Below, in pieces: positions 1 through 8,856 of a DNA stretch of 64,000 nt. The stretch lies in IMG/VR virus record IMGVR_UViG_3300027763_000047, positions 6,308 through 70,307 of that record; one strand, written 5' to 3'. The notes under the pieces were generated by a model. That model saw only the letters and a program-made list of their open reading frames with translations, was not told the DNA's origin and made no database searches. This DNA comes from a virus (taxonomy: Duplodnaviria; Heunggongvirae; Uroviricota; Caudoviricetes). Position 1 is the stretch's first letter. Each line of letters starts with the position of its first letter. The position numbers and the translations under genes are program-made.

Positions 1-111
1 AACTGGGCGTTGATATTACCCCTTGGATAATTGACCAGCATGAAGTTTCAGATATCCCATTACAGGATATTATTACGGCCCGCCATACCATGGCCATGTT
101 AAAGCGTTAAT

Positions 112-348
112 ATGTCTGTTACTGTTGACGTTTCCGAGCAGGTAATTTATAATGTTGGGAGAGAATTACGTAGCCCAATAGATAGATTTAACAATAGGTA
201 CGTATTGGACCGTATAGAACAACGGTATAATGTGGTAATTAATCCAATTTTTATTCGCGCAAAGGACGGTAGGCATGTTGCTTTTAAATATTCAATTGAA
301 TTTAAATCCCCAAAAGCCGCCACATTCTTTTTATTAAAGTGGTCATAA
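112..348 (+). CDS. small paralog-array protein, member 1 (LRWS family)
   Basis: 78 aa; C-term ...KAATFFLLKWS; stop overlaps next start. Confidence 0.6.
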   Translation: MSVTVDVSEQVIYNVGRELRSPIDRFNNRYVLDRIEQRYNVVINPIFIRAKDGRHVAFKYSIEFKSPKAATFFLLKWS

Positions 349-569
349 TGTCATATACATGTGAAGTCTCGGGTTTTGTAATGTTTAATGCTACATTACC
401 GCTCACTCATTATATACTTGATGAAAATTATAACTTTATTCGCCATCTGGAAGAATCATATTCATTTAAAGTTATTCGGCGGGAAATAGTTGATAGCGTT
501 CGTTGGCGATATTTAATTGAATTTAATTCCGAGGCTGAAGCTACAATGTTTTTATTGAGGTTTTCGTAA
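339..569 (+). CDS. small paralog-array protein, member 2
   Basis: C-term EAEATMFLLRFS; coupled to neighbours. Confidence 0.6.
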   Translation: MVIMSYTCEVSGFVMFNATLPLTHYILDENYNFIRHLEESYSFKVIRREIVDSVRWRYLIEFNSEAEATMFLLRFS

Positions 570-763
570 TGAAAGTTGATGTATCCCATGAGACATTTAT
601 GCTGGCCATTGAATCACTGAATGACCCTGAGCATGGTAATCCTAGTAAGTCAGAATTCCTTGCTGCCTATAATATAACCAGTGTACAAAACCACGTTCAT
701 GGGTTTACTCTTGAATTTACACCTGAGACTGCTGCCACTCTATTTTTACTGAGATTTTCGTGA
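569..763 (+). CDS. small paralog-array protein, member 3
   Basis: C-term ETAATLFLLRFS; TAATG overlap. Confidence 0.6.
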   Translation: MKVDVSHETFMLAIESLNDPEHGNPSKSEFLAAYNITSVQNHVHGFTLEFTPETAATLFLLRFS

Positions 764-978
764 TGACGCCAGTTGTAATTACGTTTACCGACACGGGTAA
801 TTATGTACCTAAACTAACGGCTATGACGGAATGGTGCGAAGATAATGCTGGGATTCAGTACACCGACTGGCAATGGGATTGGTCTCCTTCTCATTCTCTT
901 GACTATACTTGCTTGGCCGCTAAATTTAAGTTTAAGCGTCACCAGGTGGCCAGTATGTTTGCCCTAAAGTTTTCGTAA
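760..978 (+). CDS. small paralog-array protein, member 4
   Basis: C-term HQVASMFALKFS. Confidence 0.55.
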   Translation: MMTPVVITFTDTGNYVPKLTAMTEWCEDNAGIQYTDWQWDWSPSHSLDYTCLAAKFKFKRHQVASMFALKFS

Positions 979-979
979 T

Positions 980-1183
980 ATGAAAGTTAAAGTAACTGAT
1001 AAAGCATATATCAGGGCCGCTACGGCATTATTAGAGCCTGGTGAAGAATTACCCATAGATTTTAACAGATTCAAATCCTCATACAATGTAATTAGTAACC
1101 AATATGCGTGGAGGGAACCGGGAGGTATGACTGAGTTTGTATCTGAGGCTGATGCTATAATGTTTTTATTGAGGTTTAGCTGA
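980..1183 (+). CDS. small paralog-array protein, member 5
   Basis: C-term EADAIMFLLRFS. Confidence 0.6.
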   Translation: MKVKVTDKAYIRAATALLEPGEELPIDFNRFKSSYNVISNQYAWREPGGMTEFVSEADAIMFLLRFS

Positions 1184-1184
1184 T

Positions 1185-1421
1185 ATGAATTATCGAGAAA
1201 AAATGCATTATTTAATGACCCAGCATCTATTTGAACCCTGGGACGAAACGACACGAAATGATATTGAAGAGAAATTTCGAGAGCATGTTCCGGGTAATTA
1301 CCGTCTATGTTGGGACAAGAATGCTGAATCAGTATATCTCACAGACGTGCAAAGAGATTATTTCCATTTGACATTTGATGATCCCGAGGAAGAAATCATC
1401 TGGAGATTACGCAATGAGTAA
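1185..1421 (+). CDS. small paralog-array protein, member 6 (divergent C-terminus)
   Basis: C-term EEEIIWRLRNE; ATGA overlap with next gene. Confidence 0.5.
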   Translation: MNYREKMHYLMTQHLFEPWDETTRNDIEEKFREHVPGNYRLCWDKNAESVYLTDVQRDYFHLTFDDPEEEIIWRLRNE

Positions 1422-1647
1422 GATAACATTTACCGATGCAAATCGTGCTACAGATTGCATATTATGGACAATAGCTAATATAGGACCAAAGATAAGTGTT
1501 CCTGGATCTAGTATTCGCGGAGAAGGCTGGCATTTTTGGACTAATATTCCGCATGATATTTCTGAAAAATCAATAACTTTTTCTATCGAATTGAACGAGC
1601 ATGTTGATGTAGACACAAAATTACTTTTTATGTTAAAATGGTCATGA
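1414..1647 (+). CDS. small paralog-array protein, member 7
   Basis: Internal ATG at 1414 overlaps previous stop (track ORF 1375-1647); C-term KLLFMLKWS. Confidence 0.55.
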   Translation: MSKITFTDANRATDCILWTIANIGPKISVPGSSIRGEGWHFWTNIPHDISEKSITFSIELNEHVDVDTKLLFMLKWS

Positions 1648-1886
1648 TAGCAGCAGAAGTTAAGACCTCACAGTTTTTTAAATTACCCAATGGCAAATGG
1701 CCAGAACCGGATTATGAACAAATGATGGATTGGTGCCGACAAATGATTGGACCCAAAGCTGAGTTCCGTGATCAAGTGTCAGAAGAATATCCCTGGACTT
1801 ACAGTCGTAGTAACGGTAATAGCTGGAGTACATGGCATTTCGCACGAGAAGAATATGCCACAATGTTTAGATTGAAATGGTTATGA
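1638..1886 (+). CDS. small paralog-array protein, member 8
   Basis: W-C-R-Q-M-I-G-P core, C-term EEYATMFRLKWL; true start may be ATG 1644 (ATGA overlap). Confidence 0.6.
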   Translation: MVMIAAEVKTSQFFKLPNGKWPEPDYEQMMDWCRQMIGPKAEFRDQVSEEYPWTYSRSNGNSWSTWHFAREEYATMFRLKWL

Positions 1887-2158
1887 TAATTGACATAACG
1901 AAACGATTGTGGCTCCCATTACGTCATAAAGACAAACAAAGTATTAAAAGCCAAATGATATCTTGGTTTGAACAAAATGTGGGCCCTGTAGTCAACTGTG
2001 ATCTAGATAACAGCATATACACCGGAGATGAGTGGAAATGGTTTAAGCATGTGATATATGATACAGGATCACAGGGACAACAAGTAACTTATACGTCATA
2101 CTTTGTTGATATCGCAGATGAAAGAGTAGCTACTATGTTTAGGTTAAAATTTTTATGA
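1877..2158 (+). CDS. small paralog-array protein, member 9
   Basis: C-term DERVATMFRLKFL. Confidence 0.6.
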   Translation: MVMIIDITKRLWLPLRHKDKQSIKSQMISWFEQNVGPVVNCDLDNSIYTGDEWKWFKHVIYDTGSQGQQVTYTSYFVDIADERVATMFRLKFL

Positions 2159-2385
2159 GAATGTCAATTTATAATGAACGTAATGAATGTCAAGTATGGT
2201 GGAGAAACTTCCGTAAAGTGGTACTACCAGGATCTCCTAACGGCCTAGGCTATCACGAATATATGGATCTTTATGCAAAAGCTCGCGCAGCTAAGTTAGC
2301 GGAATATGGGGCTACGTATCATTCACAGCATATTACCTTTATGAATCCTGCTATGGGTACTGTATTTTTATTGAGGTGGGCATAA
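2155..2385 (+). CDS. small paralog-array protein, member 10
   Basis: C-term AMGTVFLLRWA. Confidence 0.55.
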   Translation: MRMSIYNERNECQVWWRNFRKVVLPGSPNGLGYHEYMDLYAKARAAKLAEYGATYHSQHITFMNPAMGTVFLLRWA

Positions 2386-2564
2386 TGCTAAAATTCAATG
2401 ATTATCAATATAAGATAATGTGGCATGTGTTTACCCAAAAAGGTACATGTAACATACAAGGAGTTGATGCTTGCATTCGCTCGTATGGCGGAACTGTTGA
2501 AAATGGAAATATTTCATTCCGTATTCCTGAACAAGAAACATTATTTGTATTGAGGTGGTCATGA
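2376..2564 (+). CDS. small paralog-array protein, member 11
   Basis: C-term EQETLFVLRWS; gaggtggtcATGA junction. Confidence 0.6.
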   Translation: MGIMLKFNDYQYKIMWHVFTQKGTCNIQGVDACIRSYGGTVENGNISFRIPEQETLFVLRWS

Positions 2565-2761
2565 GTATTTTGAGAGATATGCCAAAAGATGTTATCATAA
2601 TTAAAATGAATGGATTTAGAGACGCTGATAAAGCCTGCGATTGGTGTCGTAAACAATTTGGTATACGTTCAGTACCAGAAGGTATGTGGGATTATTCGGG
2701 TAGAGAATTTCTGTTTAAACGAGAAGAAGATGCGGTGTTATTCGTATTGAGGTGGTCATGA
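2555..2761 (+). CDS. small paralog-array protein, member 12
   Basis: D-W-C-R-K-Q-F-G core; C-term EEDAVLFVLRWS; likely ATG 2561. Confidence 0.65.
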   Translation: MVMSILRDMPKDVIIIKMNGFRDADKACDWCRKQFGIRSVPEGMWDYSGREFLFKREEDAVLFVLRWS

Positions 2762-3006
2762 TTGGGGTAAACCAACTAAAGGCGATGATTCGTAAGCAAT
2801 GGATGGCTGAATTCCGTGGTAAACCTGTTGTGCTGCCGGGCGAGGCAAAGTTTATTACTGGAATACCGATGAAAGATGCGCACCTACATTATTTGGCGAC
2901 AGAGGCGGGAATAGAAGTAAGACTGTCAGACGATTACAAATCCATGGAAGGATTTTATATTCTTGATGAAGCGAAACTCATGTGGTTTGCCATGAGGTGG
3001 TCATGA
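2752..3006 (+). CDS. small paralog-array protein, member 13
   Basis: C-term EAKLMWFAMRWS; likely ATG 2758. Confidence 0.6.
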   Translation: MVMIGVNQLKAMIRKQWMAEFRGKPVVLPGEAKFITGIPMKDAHLHYLATEAGIEVRLSDDYKSMEGFYILDEAKLMWFAMRWS

Positions 3007-3197
3007 AAAAATACCCCTATTCCCTGGTAATAAGATATCGTGAAGCTGCTGAAAGACTTAAATGGATGGAGAAGTTACTTCCAGGTGAGGGGATAGATCG
3101 TTGGTGTTGGGCGGATAGTGCCGAGTTTGGCGAAGGATATGAAATTTTTTTTAGAGAAGAAGCTGATTATGTGTTATACTGTCTGAGGTGGACATGA
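3003..3197 (+). CDS. small paralog-array protein, member 14
   Basis: Start at ATGA overlap 3003 (track ORF from 2982); C-term EEADYVLYCLRWT. Confidence 0.6.
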   Translation: MKKYPYSLVIRYREAAERLKWMEKLLPGEGIDRWCWADSAEFGEGYEIFFREEADYVLYCLRWT

Positions 3198-3415
3198 TTT
3201 TTCCAGCAAGAATACCCAAGATGATTGCACAAGGTGAGATAGTGGCAATGGAACATGACTGGATTAAGACATTTATTCTATTGCCACATCGTACTATTGG
3301 GCATCGCTGGGTATGGTTAAAACGCATATATGTACGCAAAGTATGGATCTGCACAGGTTTTCATATCGAGCCAGAGACGCAGTATGGTGAATTATTTGAT
3401 ATCTTAAAAACATAA
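3194..3415 (+). CDS. hypothetical small protein embedded in the array (lacks the family C-terminus)
   Basis: ATGA overlap start 3194; ends ...LFDILKT. Confidence 0.5.
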   Translation: MIFPARIPKMIAQGEIVAMEHDWIKTFILLPHRTIGHRWVWLKRIYVRKVWICTGFHIEPETQYGELFDILKT

Positions 3416-3687
3416 TGATTACCGTTGATAAACAACCCAGATTAACACATGAAGTTAGGATAGGTGACAGATCTAACCTTGAGGTTGAACGGTTATGTAC
3501 ATGGTGCCACGAACAATTTGGAATAAGATTCAGTATTGTTGATCGTCCTGATAAGCAACCAACGTTTGGCCGCGATGGAGTATGGCAATGTATATACGAT
3601 GGATTTCAAAGGGATAGAGTTCCTGCGTATAAATTCTCATTTGATCATGAACAAGATGCTATACTTTTTGCCCTGAGGTGGTCATGA
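3415..3687 (+). CDS. small paralog-array protein, member 15
   Basis: W-C-H-E-Q-F-G-I-R core; C-term EQDAILFALRWS. Confidence 0.65.
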   Translation: MITVDKQPRLTHEVRIGDRSNLEVERLCTWCHEQFGIRFSIVDRPDKQPTFGRDGVWQCIYDGFQRDRVPAYKFSFDHEQDAILFALRWS

Positions 3688-3890
3688 TAATTATCAATGG
3701 AATCTCTCCGTGTATTTATAAAGCGGCAGGATGGTTAAGAAAACGGGCGTCGACACCGCCTGGCGAGCGATTGGATGATGAGTTTGCACAATATTTTAAT
3801 TGCCGTGTGGTCAGGAACGATGTTCTTAGTTTCCATATTGAATTCGATGATGACGCAGCCGCAACAATGTTTAAGTTGAGGTGGTCATGA
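3678..3890 (+). CDS. small paralog-array protein, member 16
   Basis: C-term DDAAATMFKLRWS. Confidence 0.6.
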   Translation: MVMIIINGISPCIYKAAGWLRKRASTPPGERLDDEFAQYFNCRVVRNDVLSFHIEFDDDAAATMFKLRWS

Positions 3891-4141
3891 CTGAAATTGT
3901 GCTGGAAGATTTGCTGGATTTTAATTTTACACAATTGGTTGAAATGCAGGATTGGTTAATTGAACACTTTGGAGAAAGCCGAATAGACGATATTGGAAGA
4001 TGGACTGGCGGTAGCTGGTTTTTACATCGAGTCTGGCGACCAGTTGACGGTTATCAGCGAGTACCCAGACACTACGGGCGTTGGATAGTGCAATTTGCAA
4101 ACGAACAAGATGCTACATTATTTAGATTGAGGTGGGCATGA
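3881..4141 (+). CDS. small paralog-array protein, member 17
   Basis: D-W-L-I-E-H-F-G core; C-term EQDATLFRLRWA. Confidence 0.6.
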   Translation: MVMTEIVLEDLLDFNFTQLVEMQDWLIEHFGESRIDDIGRWTGGSWFLHRVWRPVDGYQRVPRHYGRWIVQFANEQDATLFRLRWA

Positions 4142-4383
4142 TAATGATGGGGCGAGTAGTAGAAATAAGAAATAAGAGTCCAGACGAATGGTCTGAGATT
4201 ATGGCATGGTGTACAGAACAATTCGGGCTGCGAGCACTACACATAAATGAAGTTGCTGAATTTTCTCCACGAGGGGTGCTGGGTGGAAAATGGCTGGGAT
4301 CTTACTATGCATTTATTGGATGGGGTGATGTATATTTTCGACATGAGGAAGATGCTACACTTTTTATGTTAAGGTGGCTATAA
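4132..4383 (+). CDS. small paralog-array protein, member 18
   Basis: A-W-C-T-E-Q-F-G-L core; C-term EEDATLFMLRWL. Confidence 0.65.
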   Translation: MGMIMMGRVVEIRNKSPDEWSEIMAWCTEQFGLRALHINEVAEFSPRGVLGGKWLGSYYAFIGWGDVYFRHEEDATLFMLRWL

Positions 4384-4655
4384 TGACGGAATACGAATCA
4401 CAACATGCTTACTGGCAGAAAGACCATGATGCGGTTATGAAAGAAATGCAAGCGGAAAAAGCACAGATGGAAAAATACCCTCATCAAATTAAGGTGCAGA
4501 GTGTTGTAATTGATACTGGAAATAAAGAATGGTTTGTACGATGGCACTGGTGCGGTGAGAATTTTACCAAGGAAACTTATCGGTATAGCGGTGGATATTT
4601 TCAATTCCAGCATGAACAAGATGCAATATTTTTTGCGTTAAGGTGGAGCTCATGA
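4374..4655 (+). CDS. small paralog-array protein, member 19
   Basis: C-term EQDAIFFALRWSS; probable ATG 4383. Confidence 0.6.
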   Translation: MAIMTEYESQHAYWQKDHDAVMKEMQAEKAQMEKYPHQIKVQSVVIDTGNKEWFVRWHWCGENFTKETYRYSGGYFQFQHEQDAIFFALRWSS

Positions 4656-4834
4656 AAGTTACTTTACCCTATGATCCGTTATGGAAACCTTTGGAATGGG
4701 CCATGAAATATTGCCCAAGCTATATTACCAATGATGTGCATTGTGACGGATACAACACTTATGATAATACTAAGATTGATTATTTTTTTGGAAAAGAAAA
4801 AGATGCGACATTTTTTGCGTTAAGGTGGGCATAA
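4643..4834 (+). CDS. small paralog-array protein, member 20
   Basis: C-term EKDATFFALRWA; probable ATG 4652. Confidence 0.6.
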   Translation: MELMKVTLPYDPLWKPLEWAMKYCPSYITNDVHCDGYNTYDNTKIDYFFGKEKDATFFALRWA

Positions 4835-5037
4835 TGGACAATACAGAAAAACATTACATAAAAGTTTATTTGGTTAATGATGCACCCGGGTATAATTTAA
4901 AAAGAAAACAAATGGTCAATTGGATTAAGACATGCTGTAATGATTATAAATTGATAGATTCAGCTATTGATGGATTAGCGTATTCTGTATTTTTAACGGA
5001 GCAGGATTATATTATGTTTACACTGAAATGGGAATGA
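4825..5037 (+). CDS. small paralog-array protein, member 21
   Basis: C-term EQDYIMFTLKWE. Confidence 0.6.
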   Translation: MGIMDNTEKHYIKVYLVNDAPGYNLKRKQMVNWIKTCCNDYKLIDSAIDGLAYSVFLTEQDYIMFTLKWE

Positions 5038-5213
5038 CTGAAAGGGGAATGAGCCAAGAACCATGGACTTTTGTGTCTGTATCTAACATTGATGAGCCGG
5101 CCTGGATATGGTTACGCGAACAGCTAGACTTACGAACCTGGGATCATACGTATGACGGATTTTGGTTTATGCACGAACAGGATGCCATAATGTTTACATT
5201 AAAGTGGATATAA
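5028..5213 (+). CDS. small paralog-array protein, member 22
   Basis: C-term EQDAIMFTLKWI. Confidence 0.6.
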   Translation: MGMTERGMSQEPWTFVSVSNIDEPAWIWLREQLDLRTWDHTYDGFWFMHEQDAIMFTLKWI

Positions 5214-5464
5214 TGTATAATAACACTAAACCTAAGTATCAGTTTCATCGTGCTAAATGGTTCGAGTACGAAATGTGGGAGCCGTTTCCTGCAGGAAGGC
5301 CCGTCAATCAAGATAGAGTAAAGGCAATGCTTGAATGGTGTAAGGAACAATTTGGACCTGCACCCCCCATTACTGATGCATGGACACGATGGAGTGTATC
5401 CTACAGTATCATACGATTTAGGGACGAGAAGGATTATATATTTTTTATGTTGAAATGGGCATGA
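5213..5464 (+). CDS. small paralog-array protein, member 23
   Basis: TAATG overlap start 5213 (track ORF 5162); E-W-C-K-E-Q-F-G core; C-term EKDYIFFMLKWA. Confidence 0.65.
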   Translation: MYNNTKPKYQFHRAKWFEYEMWEPFPAGRPVNQDRVKAMLEWCKEQFGPAPPITDAWTRWSVSYSIIRFRDEKDYIFFMLKWA

Positions 5465-5652
5465 TTAAACACAAATATTCTGAACTAATACACGCATGGG
5501 CAGACGGTGCGACCATACAAGTGTATTGGACTGGAAGTGGCAAAACACAGTTTGAGTGGATGGATGTAGAATTTCCAGACTGGAATATAGATAACTGTAC
5601 AACCATGGATGGTCAAGTGATTACATGGCGTCTTAGAATTAAACCAAAATAA
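5461..5652 (+). CDS. small array protein (divergent; ends WRLRIKPK)
   Basis: ATGA overlap start; weak similarity to member 6 tail. Confidence 0.45.
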   Translation: MIKHKYSELIHAWADGATIQVYWTGSGKTQFEWMDVEFPDWNIDNCTTMDGQVITWRLRIKPK

Positions 5653-5662
5653 GAGAGAAGAA

Positions 5663-5893
5663 ATGTATAAAGTATATTGGTCTTCAGAAGATGGAGCCGC
5701 CCGTAGTAAAGATTATTTAGAAATGACTGATGCCCTAACCGAGGCTAACCGTATGCGTACCATTGGTATGTCATATGTTGCCATGGTAGGTGAGAACCCT
5801 AACCAAGTGGGCAAGATGGGATGTGATAGTGTGGAAGATGGTAAACTACCAAACGGTGAAGAGTATACTTGGAAAATGCGCGGGAATCTATAA
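5663..5893 (+). CDS. hypothetical small protein
   Basis: 76-aa ORF after a short gap with GAGAAG RBS. Confidence 0.5.
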   Translation: MYKVYWSSEDGAARSKDYLEMTDALTEANRMRTIGMSYVAMVGENPNQVGKMGCDSVEDGKLPNGEEYTWKMRGNL

Positions 5894-5894
5894 C

Positions 5895-6161
5895 ATGACA
5901 ACAATGTGGATTGGTGATTTAAATCAGTATCGTGCGATACGTGAAATGTTTGACATTTATTGTACCGATATTAATAGCGAAGATTGTGCCAGCCCATTCG
6001 AAGACTATTGGAATCGCAGAATTAATTCCCCTACCATGTGTTACGTTATTGGGGTTACTAAAATAAAGGTAATGTCAGATGACGGGTCATATTATATACC
6101 ACTGCAATTATCATTTAATAGCGAAGAAGAACGAACATTTTGGTTGTTACAGAACTCATGA
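5895..6161 (+). CDS. small paralog-array protein, terminal divergent member
   Basis: ATG 5895 just after previous stop; C-term EEERTFWLLQNS. Confidence 0.5.
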   Translation: MTTMWIGDLNQYRAIREMFDIYCTDINSEDCASPFEDYWNRRINSPTMCYVIGVTKIKVMSDDGSYYIPLQLSFNSEEERTFWLLQNS

Positions 6162-7222
6162 AGATTAGATTACTGGGGCAGGCGAACGACAGCGGGATCG
6201 GTACACATTACGATAGATACACCCGAGCTTTACAATCGGTCAATGGATTGAACTCCATACTGGAGTTGTTGGATTTTACCGACGCCGATGCTGTAACGCA
6301 ATCCGCAAAATTAAGCACCGCAGGTGATATTAATATATCATTTGTCTGTGCCAATCTCAACGGATATTTTCGTGGACACAATATTAACTGGGCAGTATTT
6401 GAATCCACCCGCATACCCGATACTTTATATCAGGTAATGAATCAGCATATGCTTTGGTTACCGACAGAATGGGCACGCAAGATAGCCATAGCCCAGGGAA
6501 TTAAACCGGAACAGATAGCTGTGGTACCCGAGGGTGTGGACACTGACCTGTTCCATCCTTACGGCATACCGCAACACGAAGTCTTTAGGTTCCTAACCAT
6601 AGGCAAATACGAACAGCGTAAATCAATTGATGAAACGATTGATGCCTTTGCCCAGGTATATGGCGACAACCCTGAGGTGGAACTGGTGATTAAGTCAGAC
6701 TTTTTTCGTGAGCCCGAAGTTAAATATTACCAGTTGCTGGATAAGATTGCCAGTACCGGGGTCGACAACATACACTTGGTCTGGGGTTATCAGACACACG
6801 ACCAATTGGCCAACCTATATAGATCTGCTGATGTATTCCTAATGCCCACCAAGGCCGAGGGTTGGGGCTTGCCTTTAATTGAAGCTGCTGCCATTGGCTT
6901 ACCCATAGTGACAACGTTCCATGCGGGGCAGACAGAGTTCCTACAGCATATAAGATCCAGTTGTGTGTTTGTTGACTATCAACTGACACCCATAGCCTGT
7001 CCCGAGTACCAGGGATTTTACCCTGCTGCTGACGGTGACTACGGCAAGTGGGCAGTTTCTACTGTGCCGGCTATTGCTAAAGCTATTGAACAAGCGTATA
7101 ATAACTATGCAGCATTAAAGTCACAAGCAGTCAAGAACAGTGATGTTATCCGCACTAAATTCTCCTGGGCCAACAGCGTGACTGCATCATTGAGTACGCT
7201 CAAGCAGTGGGGTATGTTGTAA
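6158..7222 (+). CDS. glycosyltransferase, GT4 / Glycos_transf_1-like
   Basis: PTKAEGWGLPLIEAAAIGLPIVTT (E-x7-E motif); ATGA-coupled start at 6158. Confidence 0.8.
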   Translation: MKIRLLGQANDSGIGTHYDRYTRALQSVNGLNSILELLDFTDADAVTQSAKLSTAGDINISFVCANLNGYFRGHNINWAVFESTRIPDTLYQVMNQHMLWLPTEWARKIAIAQGIKPEQIAVVPEGVDTDLFHPYGIPQHEVFRFLTIGKYEQRKSIDETIDAFAQVYGDNPEVELVIKSDFFREPEVKYYQLLDKIASTGVDNIHLVWGYQTHDQLANLYRSADVFLMPTKAEGWGLPLIEAAAIGLPIVTTFHAGQTEFLQHIRSSCVFVDYQLTPIACPEYQGFYPAADGDYGKWAVSTVPAIAKAIEQAYNNYAALKSQAVKNSDVIRTKFSWANSVTASLSTLKQWGML

Positions 7223-7238
7223 ATACGCAACACACTGG

Positions 7239-7267
7239 TTGACAGTTATATGGGTATCGGCTATAAT
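7239..7267 (+). promoter_or_regulatory. consensus sigma70-type promoter (TTGACA-17-TATAAT)
   Basis: ttgacagttatatgggtatcggctataat. Confidence 0.7.
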
Positions 7268-7298
7268 AGTTATACATTAACAACACGGAGTTTACAAC

Positions 7299-7466
7299 AT
7301 GAAAACATTTAACGTATTTTACACAGCGTACGAGGAAGGCAGTTCAAGCATTATCAGTGAAGGTGTTATGCCCGTCAGCACTGACTCCAGCTACCAAGCT
7401 GAAGCAGCAGTACAAGCTATGTTCCGCGGTTGCGAAGTTATTATTCGTTACACCAACGAGGCGTAA
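7299..7466 (+). CDS. small hypothetical protein (55 aa), not in ORF track
   Basis: ATG 24 nt after -10 with GGAG RBS; MKTFNVFYTAYEEG... Confidence 0.5.
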   Translation: MKTFNVFYTAYEEGSSSIISEGVMPVSTDSSYQAEAAVQAMFRGCEVIIRYTNEA

Positions 7467-7468
7467 TA

Positions 7469-7666
7469 ATGAAAAGCCGAACCCTTGCAAAGAAGTATCA
7501 TTTTTGGTTTATCCAAGTAAATGATGTCCGCACACGATTTAATCAATACCAGGATGCAAAAGCAGCCTGGGATACTACAACAAAAGGTGTGCTGTGCAGG
7601 GGTGACGGTGCAGTATACGATTGGAAACCTTTTTGTCCTGCGTTGTATGCAGGTGTTGACAATTAA
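7469..7666 (+). CDS. small hypothetical protein
   Basis: MKSRTLAKKYHFWFIQ...; the track extension from 7430 overlaps the upstream gene. Confidence 0.5.
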   Translation: MKSRTLAKKYHFWFIQVNDVRTRFNQYQDAKAAWDTTTKGVLCRGDGAVYDWKPFCPALYAGVDN

Positions 7667-7684
7667 TTAGCTGGACCTTATAAT
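7656..7684 (+). promoter_or_regulatory. consensus sigma70-type promoter of the TTGACAATTAA family
   Basis: ttgacaattaattagctggaccttataat overlapping the 3' end of the upstream ORF. Confidence 0.7.
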
Positions 7685-7713
7685 AGTATTTTACAATTAA
7701 ATAGGAGCGAAGC

Positions 7714-8715
7714 ATGTCAAATGTGCTGATTAAGAACGGTGTTTATCGCAATACCCCGGTAGTTAACGTTTCTTTCACGCTTGTAAAAGATTTGCAAACA
7801 GGTGCCAACGGCAATTATGTGACTGTAAAGTCCAATGGTTACTTTGGCCCCGACCACGACACAGTTCGTATTCGAGTAAACGGCATGGAGGATATTGAGT
7901 TTGAAGGTAACCCAGATCCTGTTGTACCAGCTGTTGCCGAAACGGACGAAGAAGTCATGGAGCGTATTGCTGAACGTTTCGAAATCCTACATCAAATGAC
8001 TCGTGCTACCATTGCTGGTGATGTACGTGCCATGATTGTTGTTGGCCCTCCTGGTGTGGGTAAGAGCTATGGTGTTGAGTATGAGCTGGAGAAATCTGGT
8101 TTGTTTGACAAGATCAGCAGCCGCAAGATCAAGTATGAAATTATCAAGGGTGCTATCAGCCCTATTGGTCTGTACTGCACATTATACAAACACTCAGATG
8201 CTAACAACGTTCTGGTGTTTGATGACTGTGACTCTGTATTCCAAGATGAGCTGGCGCTAAACATTCTTAAGGCGGCCCTGGATTCAGGCAAGAAGCGCAG
8301 GATCCACTGGAACTCGGACTCAAGTATGTTACGTCGTGAAGGTGTGCCAGACTGTTTTGATTTTAAGGGTGGTGCTATTTTTATCACTAACCTTAAGTTT
8401 GACAACTTAAAGTCCAAGCGTATGCAGGATCACCTGGAAGCATTGCAATCACGCTGTCACTTCCTGGACTTAACTCTGGATACAATGCGTGATAAGTTTT
8501 TGCGTATCAAACAGATTTTCCGTCAGGGTCAGCTGTTTAATGACTATGATCTTAGCCCCGAAGTTGGGGAAGAGATTTTAGCATTTATGGATGCTAACAA
8601 GAATCGCCTGCGGGAAATGAGCCTGCGTATGGCGTTGAAGTTAGCTGATCTTACCAAGGTAAGTGAGACTAATTGGAAGGCGTTAGCAGTATCGACTTGT
8701 ATGAAGGGTGCCTAA
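7714..8715 (+). CDS. AAA-type P-loop ATPase
   Basis: Walker A VVGPPGVGKSYG, Walker B VLVFDDCD, sensor FITN. Confidence 0.65.
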   Translation: MSNVLIKNGVYRNTPVVNVSFTLVKDLQTGANGNYVTVKSNGYFGPDHDTVRIRVNGMEDIEFEGNPDPVVPAVAETDEEVMERIAERFEILHQMTRATIAGDVRAMIVVGPPGVGKSYGVEYELEKSGLFDKISSRKIKYEIIKGAISPIGLYCTLYKHSDANNVLVFDDCDSVFQDELALNILKAALDSGKKRRIHWNSDSSMLRREGVPDCFDFKGGAIFITNLKFDNLKSKRMQDHLEALQSRCHFLDLTLDTMRDKFLRIKQIFRQGQLFNDYDLSPEVGEEILAFMDANKNRLREMSLRMALKLADLTKVSETNWKALAVSTCMKGA

Positions 8716-8856
8716 CGTGCCCTGGTTTGTGGTAATGCTGCTGGTGTTGATGAGCTATCCACACGCAGCAGTTTGGTTAGCGTTTATTATAGTATTGATG
8801 GACGTTATGAAAATTTAACTGTACGCTAATTAGCGTATAAGTAAAAGGTAGCTCCT

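Noticed and set aside
8036-8417. ORFs 8036-8260 (+) and 8067-8417 (-) inside the AAA ATPase gene
   Set aside because: They overlap a longer ORF carrying Walker A/B motifs, and they have no RBS or independent signals.
8717-8818. Possible 27-33-aa hydrophobic peptide ORF in the 8716-9027 gap
   Set aside because: It is too short and lacks a clear RBS. The region is more plausibly an intergenic terminator zone.
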